Notes under the pieces: generated by a model
Database searches by the model: none
What the model was told of the DNA's origin: nothing
Seen by the model: only the letters and a program-made list of their open reading frames with translations
IMG/VR virus record: IMGVR_UViG_3300009151_000001
Span: 1 to 64,000 of that record
Source: a virus
Lineage: Duplodnaviria; Caudoviricetes
Length of the DNA: 64,000 bases
Strand: one strand, 5' to 3'
Shown: one piece after another, positions 50,501-59,368 of the stretch
Numbering within the stretch: position 1 is the first letter of the stretch
Layout of the letters: each line of letters starts with the position of its first letter
Made by a program: the position numbers and the translations under genes

Positions 50501-51315
50501 CTGATAAGTCGTTTAATGAATATTTGTTAGAATTAGCTCAAACAGATAAACTAAAAAATAACTGGTTAGCTATTAAAGAGTCACCAAGTTATAAAAGTAT
50601 GGCTGCTCAGTTTCCTATATTAAAAAATATTATTATAGAAAGAGGTGTTAATAATGGTAGAATTGTTAACTTTAGAATACTAGAGAATAGTTCTAATCCA
50701 GTAGAAAAAGAACAAACAATACAACAATTTGAAGATCTTACTAACAGTTCTAATGAACAACTATCTAGTTTCTTTAAGGATCTGTCATTGTATTCTATAT
50801 TCCAATCTGGTATGAATACTTCCGATATCAGTTTTATGTCTGTAGTACCAACTAATATAGTGAGTAGATTGTATGGTAGCGCTGTGGAGGAATATAATAA
50901 ACTTCCTAGTGAACGTAAGACAGCTATGTTGTCTACGTTTTATAAAATGTTTACAAGAAACAATCCTGAGTTATTTAGTAGAAAATCAACAGATACATTA
51001 ACAAAAGAAGTATCTAAAAGAGGTAAATGGTATTCTGAACAAGTACCGTTTAATGAAGTATCTAAGATACAAGTGTTACAACCTATTAAAGAAACTACTA
51101 AAGAAAAAATTAACAATCAAGAAAAAATAGAAGCTCCAGTTAAAGTAGAAGAATCATCAATAGAAGAAAAGATTAGTAAATGGTTTGAAAAAAACAAAGG
51201 AGAAGAGTCAATTAAAAACATACCTTTACAAGTTATAGTTGAATCATATAATCAAGAAAGAATAGGAAATCAAACAATAGAAGAATATCTAATTGATAAA
51301 TTCGGTTGTCAATAA
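44542..51315 (+). CDS. Virion-packaged single-chain two-barrel RNA polymerase (crAss-like, phi14:2 gp66 type)
   Basis: 2257 aa with catalytic GSDFDIDK (DFDID at 48979-48993), upstream YRIPTQ, ADGQG and VDAAKD. Confidence 0.9.
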   Translation: MACSVNLQKDKLPKIINKVEYFLFRAMEKEQLDFAEVATNKSNNRDVISNDDVKAFIEASKNGQPKEFKGNDPYLDPVTGAYIPTPETARWVLAEDGFYNLVDGDNILTKGVDLKSGNQVSNVVRLLNTVKNTMIPEAVNKYTATAKAYENRSKTDKALPTDLKNAELYQSFATNLQSLIPMWNQVVANFSKYSTQFSFKTKFTLDEDGLVNLDDVADDDDKMLKKMVFDQPSNEINPVDDIDKSIELYLRSLQEAPNQYDEFGPGLSVNYSTLVRGLLADLQNTTSMDEIISILNKKAEQTPVYKDIIKKLTLPDKETTKDLDTYIKFRNSFTKTFIPLMLVSLESDNTVKVIEAATGKKGTFERVIGSNFSLKGMPFIMNATNGEVVNIGHRNEDDEWVLDHTDLPKLEKLNIYNAKDKDDTGSIDRRIEFLKAIGFELTPSTEKQLRNNQSIVGGGRYNAVNAMFEHLKYRLEQGDVIKNVINSLKKDYVVDGDIKSKGQDSFITDIVNAELKNNRDYNVDYSMVNASGDRQYSIQLHNNFTILNKFYSDVEIYPNLDSIRQEPSMFWLDPEKNPAIKNDPILNSLFYFKPGEDNYGDRKYVIKIVKKENNKFIITYEFTNDKNKQGALPVQITFNNTGGVNTRFDNERSKGSSSTSLNEIDKLLQDIYSFYSKKYSYNSVLRLGDKSTDLGMSVNYYAHPITGKPVVTEKNTLSSNPLGGVDNYATVFKSDVFLQYVINGIQDVMNMKRAAQENDFLSKYKVSAKNILNSWSYFDKILSSETKDKLKTIDSAADVKELIAKDIITYFEGENGVVKDFLNRFKDARKINTIWNNTSISFDSAVRYYLANSFITDMSQMRLFFGDPIFFKDFHKRASKDSATGIFTFIDDELIKRFNDRSNPNGYGATMNLSARRLAERVYQQKLAELESKNLKESQKKAFRDKYKTERDQAIARQDISKSFKSATLQDIDFNSLQSEKIIENVDNLIKAGHLSEKMKTLYEQSLKRVIQDGYKKGNEADGQGKCTFDFYKLMSILTGQWSDDQERVYKKIVDYAHFSELAENEKDSEKRLEYIKQRDAVGYNPSEEVYFPPKKFQYSGTENNEYGMYVPIFDKFSLQPLIPTNIKRTADEHLAKRMEYNGIGYIKFESGTKTEVVKDKDSYYSEYDKNNPSERSILPFSPEQKFKSEQELFFNNFKEQLTIDASIHDHAVFGSQIRKLILMNLDKEQFKQHYNNYNKFIAHLTELEKTSLYNEMGINRVDGRLHISDINKLVDYFFKEIDKKNQDSNVRKALKYDEQTKKFEIPLDGSVQAQILEGIVISAINNRAVRYKTNGSMLTQVAITGSEQTNKFDKASSDKAYKTFGNKELNYYSVDKDSTGKYIVKPMEVKIALTGQWLNLLNLSHYDGYKINSIGRLNDCLKNERWFEVNKRSLELVAYRIPTQGRNFMDVMRVKEFIPASFGDAIIMPSECVIKSGSDFDIDKMFVFYPNLNQNGEAPNNSYTDNQLKDPNNYKALKANIQNKLYNTMSDIILDPANYLELVTPSDNFHIMPIIDDIYKLLGKPVNNEGKHIKSDFVNTDIVNRNINIDKFISLLKGKSDLGIAAIANTFNVLFQHGKATGNTKFFTSNNIISFFNIKDSLEKEELIIKNIDYSSPYDEEGVLKSEFFSEFINAFVDAAKDDYVFAVNVVTELSPIMFYMKYAGMSSKKILGFVNQPAIRQYIKTLSTYQNKFVKGEQAFDDGVKTIVLRDTLTKLGYEFSQSDIDPETGFNKYGTRNGIQEYLFASNKPININELISYFNNDDKLFSQIKDQNININSLTDDEKKRQIAFLLELQNLRLQSNSISEAQKVLKFDTSPFKNTFDIYQREQMYNDMMSGNNVLSPESISNIYHDSTISPLNVSKDIKALLSSLFPIRNNDELNNFLLNKAIAYKNEMSKNGGTFVTNDDIMKISRVAKNDMMNYILQNLISKSEKGVAYFKERYNTDKSFNEYLLELAQTDKLKNNWLAIKESPSYKSMAAQFPILKNIIIERGVNNGRIVNFRILENSSNPVEKEQTIQQFEDLTNSSNEQLSSFFKDLSLYSIFQSGMNTSDISFMSVVPTNIVSRLYGSAVEEYNKLPSERKTAMLSTFYKMFTRNNPELFSRKSTDTLTKEVSKRGKWYSEQVPFNEVSKIQVLQPIKETTKEKINNQEKIEAPVKVEESSIEEKISKWFEKNKGEESIKNIPLQVIVESYNQERIGNQTIEEYLIDKFGCQ

Positions 51316-51326
51316 ATAAATAAATT

Positions 51327-54300
51327 ATGTTAATCTGTCCAAATAAGTCATCAAAACAATGGAAAGAGTTGTCAGATAAGATAGGTTCTAGACAAGCCAT
51401 GTTAGCTTTTATCCGTAATGGAAACGAAATACCTGAATCTGAAGCCAAGGCTAGAGAGTTAATAACAAATAGAGGAATTTTAGAAAGTCTACGTAATATG
51501 CCTAAACTTTCTGAAGATAATATATTTGGTACACTAAAAGCTAATGATTTTATTACTGATAATCAAGTAAAACGTGAGGGTAAAACTTGGTACCAATTAG
51601 CTGACATAGAAAACATTGGTAAAAGACTTGGTGAGTATACTGAACAATACGGTCCTATATTAGAATATGATAATGGATATGTTACAGTAGCTCAAGAGTC
51701 TGTAGATGCTTGGAACAAAGTAGCTGAAGTACAATCAGCTGAAAAACTTACATCTACAAGATTAGCTGAAGAGTTTCTAGATAAAATGGGAATATCTATA
51801 CAAGAAAGAAATGATGTATTACAACGTTATGGATCTAACGGTATAGCTGATATAGCTGAGCGTATGGTGTTGATACAATCAGGTATGCGAGATGTAGCGC
51901 TTCCGGAAGAAGCTTTACACTTCTTTTTAGAAATGCTTCCCCAAGATCACCCAGCTTTAGTAGAAGCTTTAGATAAGATAAGAGACAGGCCTATATATAG
52001 TCAGACACTGAATCAATATAAAAACAATCCAAACTATAGAATAGATGGTCAAGTTAACTTCTCTAAGATTAAAAAAGAAGCTTTAGCTAAAGAGATAGCT
52101 GCTAATATAAAATCTAAAGATAGTCAAACCTGGGTGGGTAGAATAATAGATGGTATATTAAACTTTATTAAATCTATTACTATACAAAAAACAGCTACTG
52201 AAAAACTTCAAGATTTATTCTATAGTGATAATATAGGTAATCTAAATAAAAACCTTAATTCATCAGAAATATATAATCAATTATCTGATGAATATAAAGC
52301 ATTCTATGAAGCTCAGCTTAAAGAAGCTACAGAAGAACAAAAGCAAACTATACAACAAGTATTAAAACATACAGCTTCTATAAACTTTAATAAAGAACAA
52401 CATATTCTTACACAACATAATGTAGCTGAACCTGACGGTGTTCGTCTTAAATCTGTTACACAAGTGTTGGGATCTGACTTCTATAGTGATTTAGATCATA
52501 TACAAGCTGTTCAAACTATTTTAGAAAACTATGCTGAACATTTTCCAGAAGTAACTAATAGTGATAAGGTAAATAAATATATTGATTCATTAAGTTCTAA
52601 CTTAGATACTGATGAAAAAGAAAAGTTGATTAATAAGTTTAAGTCTAAAGAAATTATTAATTATATAAGTAAAGAACTAATGGACCCAGAATCAGGTATT
52701 GATAAAGAGTTTATTGAAGCCTTTACTCCTGACTTAGCTAATGATATATTAAAAACTGCTGAAAACGCTAAAAAAACATTATTTGGAACAGCTGTACATA
52801 GTATTGTAGAAAGTATTATATTAGGAAAAGATATAGACTTTGATAATATAGACCCTATTATTGAATACTTTATGGATAAAAAAACTCTTCGTGAGTTAAT
52901 TTATGGTAAAGGATTAAAAGACACAGGTATAAAAGGATTATTACAAGAAATCCAAAAAGATGGAACTGTATTAATGACAGAAGTAGAAGTTGGTAATAGT
53001 AATCTTGGAGGTGTTATAGATATTGTTGGTGTTAAACCTGACGGAACTGTAGATATATATGACTTTAAAACTAAGTTTTTAAAAGAACATACTCGTAATA
53101 AAGAAAATATTAAAGAAGAGTTTGAACAAATTACACGTGAACAATCTATTTTTGGTGTTAAAAACGATCCGGATACTCTTCAAGATGTAGTTGATAAAAA
53201 ACGTTCTCTTAATCAGAAGTTTACACAACAGCTTTCGTTATATAAAAATATATTAATGGAAGCGGGTATACCAGTTGATAAGTTAAATATCATAGGTGTT
53301 CCTTATAGACTTAATGAAAATGGAAAAATACGTGAAATAAAACCATTTGTTGCTGATCCTATAGGATATAATGACAAGATTGGTAAACATCTTTTTAATA
53401 TAACTGATCCATCTTTGGATGCATCTAAAAAAACAGCTAAGACAGTTAGTATTGAGGATGAGCGTACTAAGACACTAGATAAATTAAGTAAAGAAGGTTT
53501 AAAAGAAACTTTTACTAAAGCTTTAGTAAGACTGGAAGAACTTCGTAGATTTTTTAATACAAGTAAAGATTCAAGAAAAACATATGAACTTCTTACAGAC
53601 TTAGAAACTAAAGTTAATAAAGTAGATGAACAAAGAACTATTGTAAAAACTATTCTTGATAACTTTGAAAACTTTAATGATGCGGCTACATTATTAAATG
53701 CTCAAAAAAGTTTACTAGAAGTAATTGACTCTTCAGTAGGTATTATACAAACCGTTACTAAAGAGTTTGATCGTTTAAAATCTTTACAATCTACAGATGA
53801 AGTTTCAGCTCAACAACGTATAAATGAGTTACAAAAAGTAAATGATTTTATTTCGGGATATGAAACGATATTTAAAGAGATGTTAGGAGCCATTGATAGT
53901 AATAATCTTGATAATCCTTTAGTTAAACGTCTTGTTGATTTATTAGGTGTCACATCTAGTATAAAAGATCAATATATAAATAGTATTTTACCGGATGTTG
54001 TTAATCTAATAAAAGATGAGTTTTCTGAAGAAGGTATTGAAAACATGAGAAGAACTTATACAGAAAACTTAATAGCTGCTAAACAAAGAGGTGATATCAA
54101 ACTAGCTGAAGATATTCAAAAAAGAATAGATGGTCTTCCTTCAAAAGAAACTATCGCTGAAACTATTAAAGGTAATAGAGGTGATGTTGGTTGGTTCTTT
54201 GGTAAGTTTGTAGCTACTATATCTAATCCTGATATGATATTAGCTGGGGTAGCTAAACGTTTAAAACGTGTATTAGATAGAGTAAGATTGATGAATAAAG

Positions 54301-57300
54301 ATTTAAGAGATAACTTAGGTAAGGAGTTTGATAAAAGAACCGCGGCTTATGGTAGAAATATTGACCCTAAAAAAACAAATGAATCTCTTGTATATAAAGT
54401 TAAAGAGTTTAATTCATCTACAGGGAAAGAAGATATGACCGTATTATATTTTAAAAGTGAATATGATGAAAAGTTATATAATGATTATAAAAAACTTCAG
54501 TATAATTTAAAACAAGCTCAAGAAGAAAAAGATGATACTAAAATAAAAGCTGCTAGACTAGCTGTTAAAAACTTTGAACAAAAATATTTTGAAAGTAATT
54601 TTACTTCTGAGTATTTTAAACTTACAGGTATTCTTGATAAGAATGTAACGTATGGGGGTAAAAATACAACAGTAAGAGAAATAGTAGCTGATATCTTTGA
54701 TAAACTTAATTCCATACAAAGAAGGAGTAACTATACAGATGAAGACATCACTAATGGAAATATGAATGATGAAGATCTTCAAGAACGTTTTGAGCTTCAA
54801 CAACAATATGCTTCATTAAAAGAAATGAAAGATTCTTTTGGTAATCCAAAAACTGGAGAAGATCTAAAGATTGCGGAAGCTTTAAAAGAGTATGAAAAAA
54901 ACTCAAGACTTATATATGATTATGTAGAAATGACTACATTATTTAATCGTAAAGAACAAGAGATAAAATTAAAATATGGAGAGAATAGTCTTGAACATGA
55001 ACAATGGATAGCTAAAAATACTAAGCTAACTACTATACCTGAATACTTTACTCGTAGACAAGAAATATTTGATAGGATAAAACAAATCAATAATAACGAT
55101 AATACTTCTGAACAATTAGCTGAGCTTTATAGAGAGCTTAGTGTATTATCTAAACCTTATAGAGATATTGATGGAAACATTCAGGCTCAAAATATGAAAC
55201 CTGAAATAACTGAAAAGATTAAAAATATTGAAAGCGAGATAGTAAGACTTAGACAAAACATGGATGGTTTTATTATGAACGGTAATACTGCAGAAGAAAA
55301 AGAAGAGATGAAAAAACTTAATTTCTTAAAGTATAATGATAAACCTTATGATAGAGAAAGATTAAATGAATTATATACTATTGGTAAACAACGTCTTGAG
55401 GATAAAATAAACTCTGATCCAGACTATGAAGCTAAGTTTGATGAAATGACTAGTCTTTTAGAAGAACTTTCTAATATGAGTAAAAAAGAAATTACCGATC
55501 ATTACTTTAATGAGCTCGAAAAACAAAAAAGATTATTTGCTGAAGCTAATAATGTTAGTTATGAAGAGTTTATGAAAGATAAAGATCTTTATCAAGAGTT
55601 TAAAAATAGTGACTGGTTTATTCAAAATCATAACATTACAAAAACTGTTTTGGAAGAAGGTGATGAGGATGATGATGAAGCAAAAGGATACTCAGTTGAA
55701 GAACCTATATGGTGTTGGAAACGTAATATGCCAGTAGAAAAATATATAACAAGAAAACCGGCTGATCACTTCTATAAAAGAGTGTTAAAAGATTCTTATA
55801 CTGATGAGAATGGTAAAGAAATAAAACTTAAGAACACTGACAACAAAGATGTACAAGATAGATATAAACCTAAAAGTAATGAAGATTATAAAAAAGAATA
55901 TGGAAAAGATCATCCATATCTAAATAAAGAATTCACTACATTAAGAGATAAGTATAATAATAATACAGCTTCTGAAAAAGAAAAAGTTGATTATGAAAAT
56001 TTATTATTTATTCATAAAGTACAACTAGACGCTCAAAAAGATATAGAATTATCTCAAAGATTAGGATTAGCTGTTTCATTCCAAGAAAAACATGGATTAG
56101 AAAGAACAATCGAAAGTGGTGGTAACAATATATTACAAAAAGGTAATAGTATATGGCAAGGTGTTAAAAGATCTTTTACATCTACAGAACAAGATATTGA
56201 TCAAGAAGGTCTAGCTTCTTCTAAAACTCAATACTCAAGATTAGCTACAATGGATAATAATGAGTATAAGTTTGTTCCAGTAAGATTTTCTACAAAAGGA
56301 GATGCTGATAACGCTAGTTATGATGTATGGGGAGCTACGTTAAACTATGTAGCTGCTATTAATCGTAAAAAAGAACTTCAAAAAGAGTTTGCTCTTATGA
56401 ATGGATTAGAAAAAATACTAGGTGATGAAAGTAATCAACCAAAAAGTGAAACTAATAATCTTATAGCTAATAGTATTTTTAAAAAGTATTTTCCTGAAGC
56501 TGCTGATAAAAAAATAAACAGTGGTAGTAATGTAAGATTAGATGTATTAAAAAGCTTTGTAAATACTATATTATTTAATGAAGAGTCGTTTAAAGGATAC
56601 GAAGTATTAGGCGCTAACTCTCAGAAAGTAGTAAACCAAGTAATGAAACTCATATCTAGAACTACACTTGGTATTGCTCCTTTTAACTGGACAACAAACT
56701 TGATATCTGGGCATGTTCAAAATGTTATAGAAGCTGTTGGTGGAAACAACATATCATTAAAAAAAGTTATGGAAGCCAGAAAGATTATATACACAGGATC
56801 TAGTAAATATGGTAATCCTATAAAAGATATGATAAGTGATTACACAAAATCTAAAGTGGGTAATCTTTCATACTGGGGTCAATTAATGGAAGTATTTGAT
56901 CCTATTCAAGGTGAGTTTGAAGATGAATATGGTCATAAAACACAAATGAATACTATTAAAAACATTCTAAACTTAGGTGTATATGGTGGTAGAATTTGGG
57001 GTGAGTGGGAAATACAAATGGGAACTTTTATAGCCTACATGTCAAATAATAAAGTATATGATGGTAAGGTTATGGATAGAGAAACTTTTATTACTAAAAA
57101 AGTGGGTGATATAACCGGATTATCTCTTAAAGAAATATCTTCTAAAAAACTAGATGCTATAAAAGAATTTGATTCTTTAGAAATATCTTTATTAGATATG
57201 TTTGAAAAAGATAAAACTGGTAAACTAGTTGTTAAAAATGAATATAAAGATGTATTCCAGTTGGGTAGTAAAGAGTTTAGTGAAATAGTAGCTAAGTTAC

Positions 57301-58067
57301 ACTCTATGCAAAAAAGACTAAATGGATCTTATAATAAATTTGATAGAACATATATAGAAAAAACATCTATAGGTAGAATGACAATGTTTTTTAGAAAACA
57401 CATTATACCATTAGGTGTTAACAGATGGGGTATGCGAAGAGAAAATTTTGAAAGTATGACTGCTGAAGAAGGATTCTATCTTACCTTCTGTAGAAGTATA
57501 GGTAAAGATCTTATTAAGTTCCGTTTAAATAATGTAGTTAATTGGCAAAATTATTCTGACGCGGAAAAAAGAGCTATAAAAAGAACATTAACAGACGTAG
57601 GTATTGTATTAAGTTGTTTAGCTGCTTATACACTTATAGGTGGATATAATGATAATGATAAGGATAAAATGAAAAAACTTAGAAGATCATCTTGGGCTAA
57701 TCAAGCATTAGTAGCTGAGCTTATGAAAATTAAATCAGAAACCGAACAGTTTATACCTCTTCCTGATATGGGACTTAATGAAATTAAAAGACTATATTCT
57801 AATCCATCTCTTATTCTTTCTGAAACAACTCAGATGTTATATATGAGTAAACTATTATTAGAACAAGGTGTAAATACAATACCTGGTGTTCACTATTTTG
57901 ATAATAATCTTTATTATCAAAAAGAAGTAGATCAAGGTGGACTAGGTGATGAAGGTGATTCTAAACTATTACATGAACTTGTTAGATCATTTATTGGATA
58001 TAGTGGTAAAACATTCCATCCATCAGACATGGTTAAATCACTTGAATATGGACAAAGAATTAAATAA
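51327..58067 (+). CDS. Giant ejected virion protein with degenerate zincin and PD-(D/E)xK nuclease domain
   Basis: 2246 aa with EEALH; SVT...GTAVH...E...G.IDIV...IYDFKT...QLSLY; and a C-terminal hydrophobic helix VGIVLSCLAAYTLIGG. Confidence 0.75.
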   Translation: MLICPNKSSKQWKELSDKIGSRQAMLAFIRNGNEIPESEAKARELITNRGILESLRNMPKLSEDNIFGTLKANDFITDNQVKREGKTWYQLADIENIGKRLGEYTEQYGPILEYDNGYVTVAQESVDAWNKVAEVQSAEKLTSTRLAEEFLDKMGISIQERNDVLQRYGSNGIADIAERMVLIQSGMRDVALPEEALHFFLEMLPQDHPALVEALDKIRDRPIYSQTLNQYKNNPNYRIDGQVNFSKIKKEALAKEIAANIKSKDSQTWVGRIIDGILNFIKSITIQKTATEKLQDLFYSDNIGNLNKNLNSSEIYNQLSDEYKAFYEAQLKEATEEQKQTIQQVLKHTASINFNKEQHILTQHNVAEPDGVRLKSVTQVLGSDFYSDLDHIQAVQTILENYAEHFPEVTNSDKVNKYIDSLSSNLDTDEKEKLINKFKSKEIINYISKELMDPESGIDKEFIEAFTPDLANDILKTAENAKKTLFGTAVHSIVESIILGKDIDFDNIDPIIEYFMDKKTLRELIYGKGLKDTGIKGLLQEIQKDGTVLMTEVEVGNSNLGGVIDIVGVKPDGTVDIYDFKTKFLKEHTRNKENIKEEFEQITREQSIFGVKNDPDTLQDVVDKKRSLNQKFTQQLSLYKNILMEAGIPVDKLNIIGVPYRLNENGKIREIKPFVADPIGYNDKIGKHLFNITDPSLDASKKTAKTVSIEDERTKTLDKLSKEGLKETFTKALVRLEELRRFFNTSKDSRKTYELLTDLETKVNKVDEQRTIVKTILDNFENFNDAATLLNAQKSLLEVIDSSVGIIQTVTKEFDRLKSLQSTDEVSAQQRINELQKVNDFISGYETIFKEMLGAIDSNNLDNPLVKRLVDLLGVTSSIKDQYINSILPDVVNLIKDEFSEEGIENMRRTYTENLIAAKQRGDIKLAEDIQKRIDGLPSKETIAETIKGNRGDVGWFFGKFVATISNPDMILAGVAKRLKRVLDRVRLMNKDLRDNLGKEFDKRTAAYGRNIDPKKTNESLVYKVKEFNSSTGKEDMTVLYFKSEYDEKLYNDYKKLQYNLKQAQEEKDDTKIKAARLAVKNFEQKYFESNFTSEYFKLTGILDKNVTYGGKNTTVREIVADIFDKLNSIQRRSNYTDEDITNGNMNDEDLQERFELQQQYASLKEMKDSFGNPKTGEDLKIAEALKEYEKNSRLIYDYVEMTTLFNRKEQEIKLKYGENSLEHEQWIAKNTKLTTIPEYFTRRQEIFDRIKQINNNDNTSEQLAELYRELSVLSKPYRDIDGNIQAQNMKPEITEKIKNIESEIVRLRQNMDGFIMNGNTAEEKEEMKKLNFLKYNDKPYDRERLNELYTIGKQRLEDKINSDPDYEAKFDEMTSLLEELSNMSKKEITDHYFNELEKQKRLFAEANNVSYEEFMKDKDLYQEFKNSDWFIQNHNITKTVLEEGDEDDDEAKGYSVEEPIWCWKRNMPVEKYITRKPADHFYKRVLKDSYTDENGKEIKLKNTDNKDVQDRYKPKSNEDYKKEYGKDHPYLNKEFTTLRDKYNNNTASEKEKVDYENLLFIHKVQLDAQKDIELSQRLGLAVSFQEKHGLERTIESGGNNILQKGNSIWQGVKRSFTSTEQDIDQEGLASSKTQYSRLATMDNNEYKFVPVRFSTKGDADNASYDVWGATLNYVAAINRKKELQKEFALMNGLEKILGDESNQPKSETNNLIANSIFKKYFPEAADKKINSGSNVRLDVLKSFVNTILFNEESFKGYEVLGANSQKVVNQVMKLISRTTLGIAPFNWTTNLISGHVQNVIEAVGGNNISLKKVMEARKIIYTGSSKYGNPIKDMISDYTKSKVGNLSYWGQLMEVFDPIQGEFEDEYGHKTQMNTIKNILNLGVYGGRIWGEWEIQMGTFIAYMSNNKVYDGKVMDRETFITKKVGDITGLSLKEISSKKLDAIKEFDSLEISLLDMFEKDKTGKLVVKNEYKDVFQLGSKEFSEIVAKLHSMQKRLNGSYNKFDRTYIEKTSIGRMTMFFRKHIIPLGVNRWGMRRENFESMTAEEGFYLTFCRSIGKDLIKFRLNNVVNWQNYSDAEKRAIKRTLTDVGIVLSCLAAYTLIGGYNDNDKDKMKKLRRSSWANQALVAELMKIKSETEQFIPLPDMGLNEIKRLYSNPSLILSETTQMLYMSKLLLEQGVNTIPGVHYFDNNLYYQKEVDQGGLGDEGDSKLLHELVRSFIGYSGKTFHPSDMVKSLEYGQRIK

Positions 58068-58070
58068 AAG

Positions 58071-58096
58071 AAAAGGAGATCTACTGATCTCCTTTT
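58071..58096. terminator. Bidirectional terminator at the convergence of the late and replication modules
   Basis: AAAAGGAGATC/TACT/GATCTCCTTTT gives a U-tail in both orientations. The TAG stop of the minus-strand ORF lies inside the hairpin. Confidence 0.75.
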
Positions 58097-59199
58097 ACTT
58101 CAAAAGGATGTTTCATGATAAAACAATCCTGTGGTTGATCCGTGTGTTTTTTAAAGCCGTTAATATAGCTTTGTATATTTGTAGATCCAACTGGATTATG
58201 TGAATGACAACATGCTTTCCAAGATAATAAAGTTTTATACTCATTTTCTAAAATACTGATATCAGGAATAAAAAATGGATGTCTAAATTTATAATCTATA
58301 TTTGGTTGTAAAATAGATGGTTTTGTAATAGGTAAATCATTAGCATTTTTCCATATAAAACCTTTACTTGTTTTATATAAATTTCTTGCACAAGCTCTTA
58401 TTGATGAAGCACTAAATCCTAGTTGTCTAGCAGCTTCTTCACTACTACCATAAACGTCAATTAAGTTATTATTAATATCATATTGAGCTATTGGTATACT
58501 AATAGACGTATTTTCAGAAACTCTGCTTCTTTTTTTTGGTCTTATATTATTATTTATAGCATGTTCATTATTTTCTTTAGATGTACACCATTCTAAATTA
58601 CTCCAATGATTATTCCATCTATTCCCATCTATATGATTTATTTGTGATTTATTATCAATATTAACAATAAACGATTCAGCAACAAGTCTATGAATCTTTT
58701 TTCTACTTTTATTACCATTACCATCATATAATGTTACCATTAAACCAGTAACTGATTTATCAGGTTTAAGAAAAGCATTTGTCTTTCCATTTTTTTTATT
58801 ATATCCTTTATGAATAATTCTTCCAAAATTAGATACTTTATAAATAGATTCATAACCAGGTATGTCTTTCCATACTTCTTCTGTATATAATAATCTTTTC
58901 TGACAATGTTCTACTAACCAACGCGCGCAATCTAGTCCGGTTTTTTCTTTATACTGTCCATAGTTAGGATGTTGAAATCCTTCTATCATAAGTTGTTTGT
59001 AATAGTCATCCATATGTTCCTGGGCCAGGTCATGATCAAAAGAGATCAGATCTGGTATACCGTTTTTGGATATGTATTCTACAAACTCATCATAGTTTCT
59101 TACAACATTCCATGGATGATATCCGGGAATAGTAGTGGTTGGCGTACGCGTATCATCGAGGTAACAACACTTTTTTAATTTTTGATTTTCTTTATCCAT
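58081..59199 (-). CDS. Cyclic-phosphate-processing receiver (cREC) domain protein interrupted in frame by an HNH endonuclease
   Basis: The N-half YLDD.R...VVRNY.EF...PDLISFDHDL...KTGLDCARWLV and the C-half HSHNPVG..NI flank about 220 aa of NUMOD4-HNH-NUMOD1. Confidence 0.8.
   Translation of the reverse strand: MDKENQKLKKCCYLDDTRTPTTTIPGYHPWNVVRNYDEFVEYISKNGIPDLISFDHDLAQEHMDDYYKQLMIEGFQHPNYGQYKEKTGLDCARWLVEHCQKRLLYTEEVWKDIPGYESIYKVSNFGRIIHKGYNKKNGKTNAFLKPDKSVTGLMVTLYDGNGNKSRKKIHRLVAESFIVNIDNKSQINHIDGNRWNNHWSNLEWCTSKENNEHAINNNIRPKKRSRVSENTSISIPIAQYDINNNLIDVYGSSEEAARQLGFSASSIRACARNLYKTSKGFIWKNANDLPITKPSILQPNIDYKFRHPFFIPDISILENEYKTLLSWKACCHSHNPVGSTNIQSYINGFKKHTDQPQDCFIMKHPFEVKGDQ
58231..58893 (-). 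mobile_element. NUMOD4-HNH-NUMOD1 homing endonuclease insertion (663 bp, in frame)
   Basis: EVWKDIPGYESIYKVSNFGRI; HRLVAESF...INHIDGNRWNN..SNLEW; IAQYD...YGSSEEAARQLG. It is flanked by a TTATTAT direct repeat. Confidence 0.8.
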
Positions 59200-59368
59200 C
59201 TTTTTTAAATTCGTTTTCTAAATACTCAATTAGATACTTAGCGTATCCTGTTAATATCTCTTTATCCTGAAAAATAAAGCTGTTAAGATTAGACTCAACA
59301 GCTTTATTATATTCTTCTTTTAGTAGTTTTAAACTACTTTTATTAATATACAGACTTTCCTGATTCAC
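59192..59368 (-). CDS. Small hypothetical protein (probable GTG start at 59368)
   Basis: The core is LKEEYNKAV...FIFQDKEILTGYAKYLIEYLE. The ORF-track start at 59443 overlaps dcd by about 100 nt. Confidence 0.5.
   Translation of the reverse strand: MNQESLYINKSSLKLLKEEYNKAVESNLNSFIFQDKEILTGYAKYLIEYLENEFKKDG

Noticed and set aside
52445-53320. Cas4/CRISPR system
   Set aside because: There are no Fe-S cysteines, no other cas genes and no repeat-spacer array seen in the window.
58231-58893. Intein or group I intron as carrier of the HNH
   Set aside because: There are no Hint-domain blocks; the nearby HN is followed by Pro and belongs to the cREC HSxNPVG motif. The insert is fully coding, with no room for a ribozyme core.
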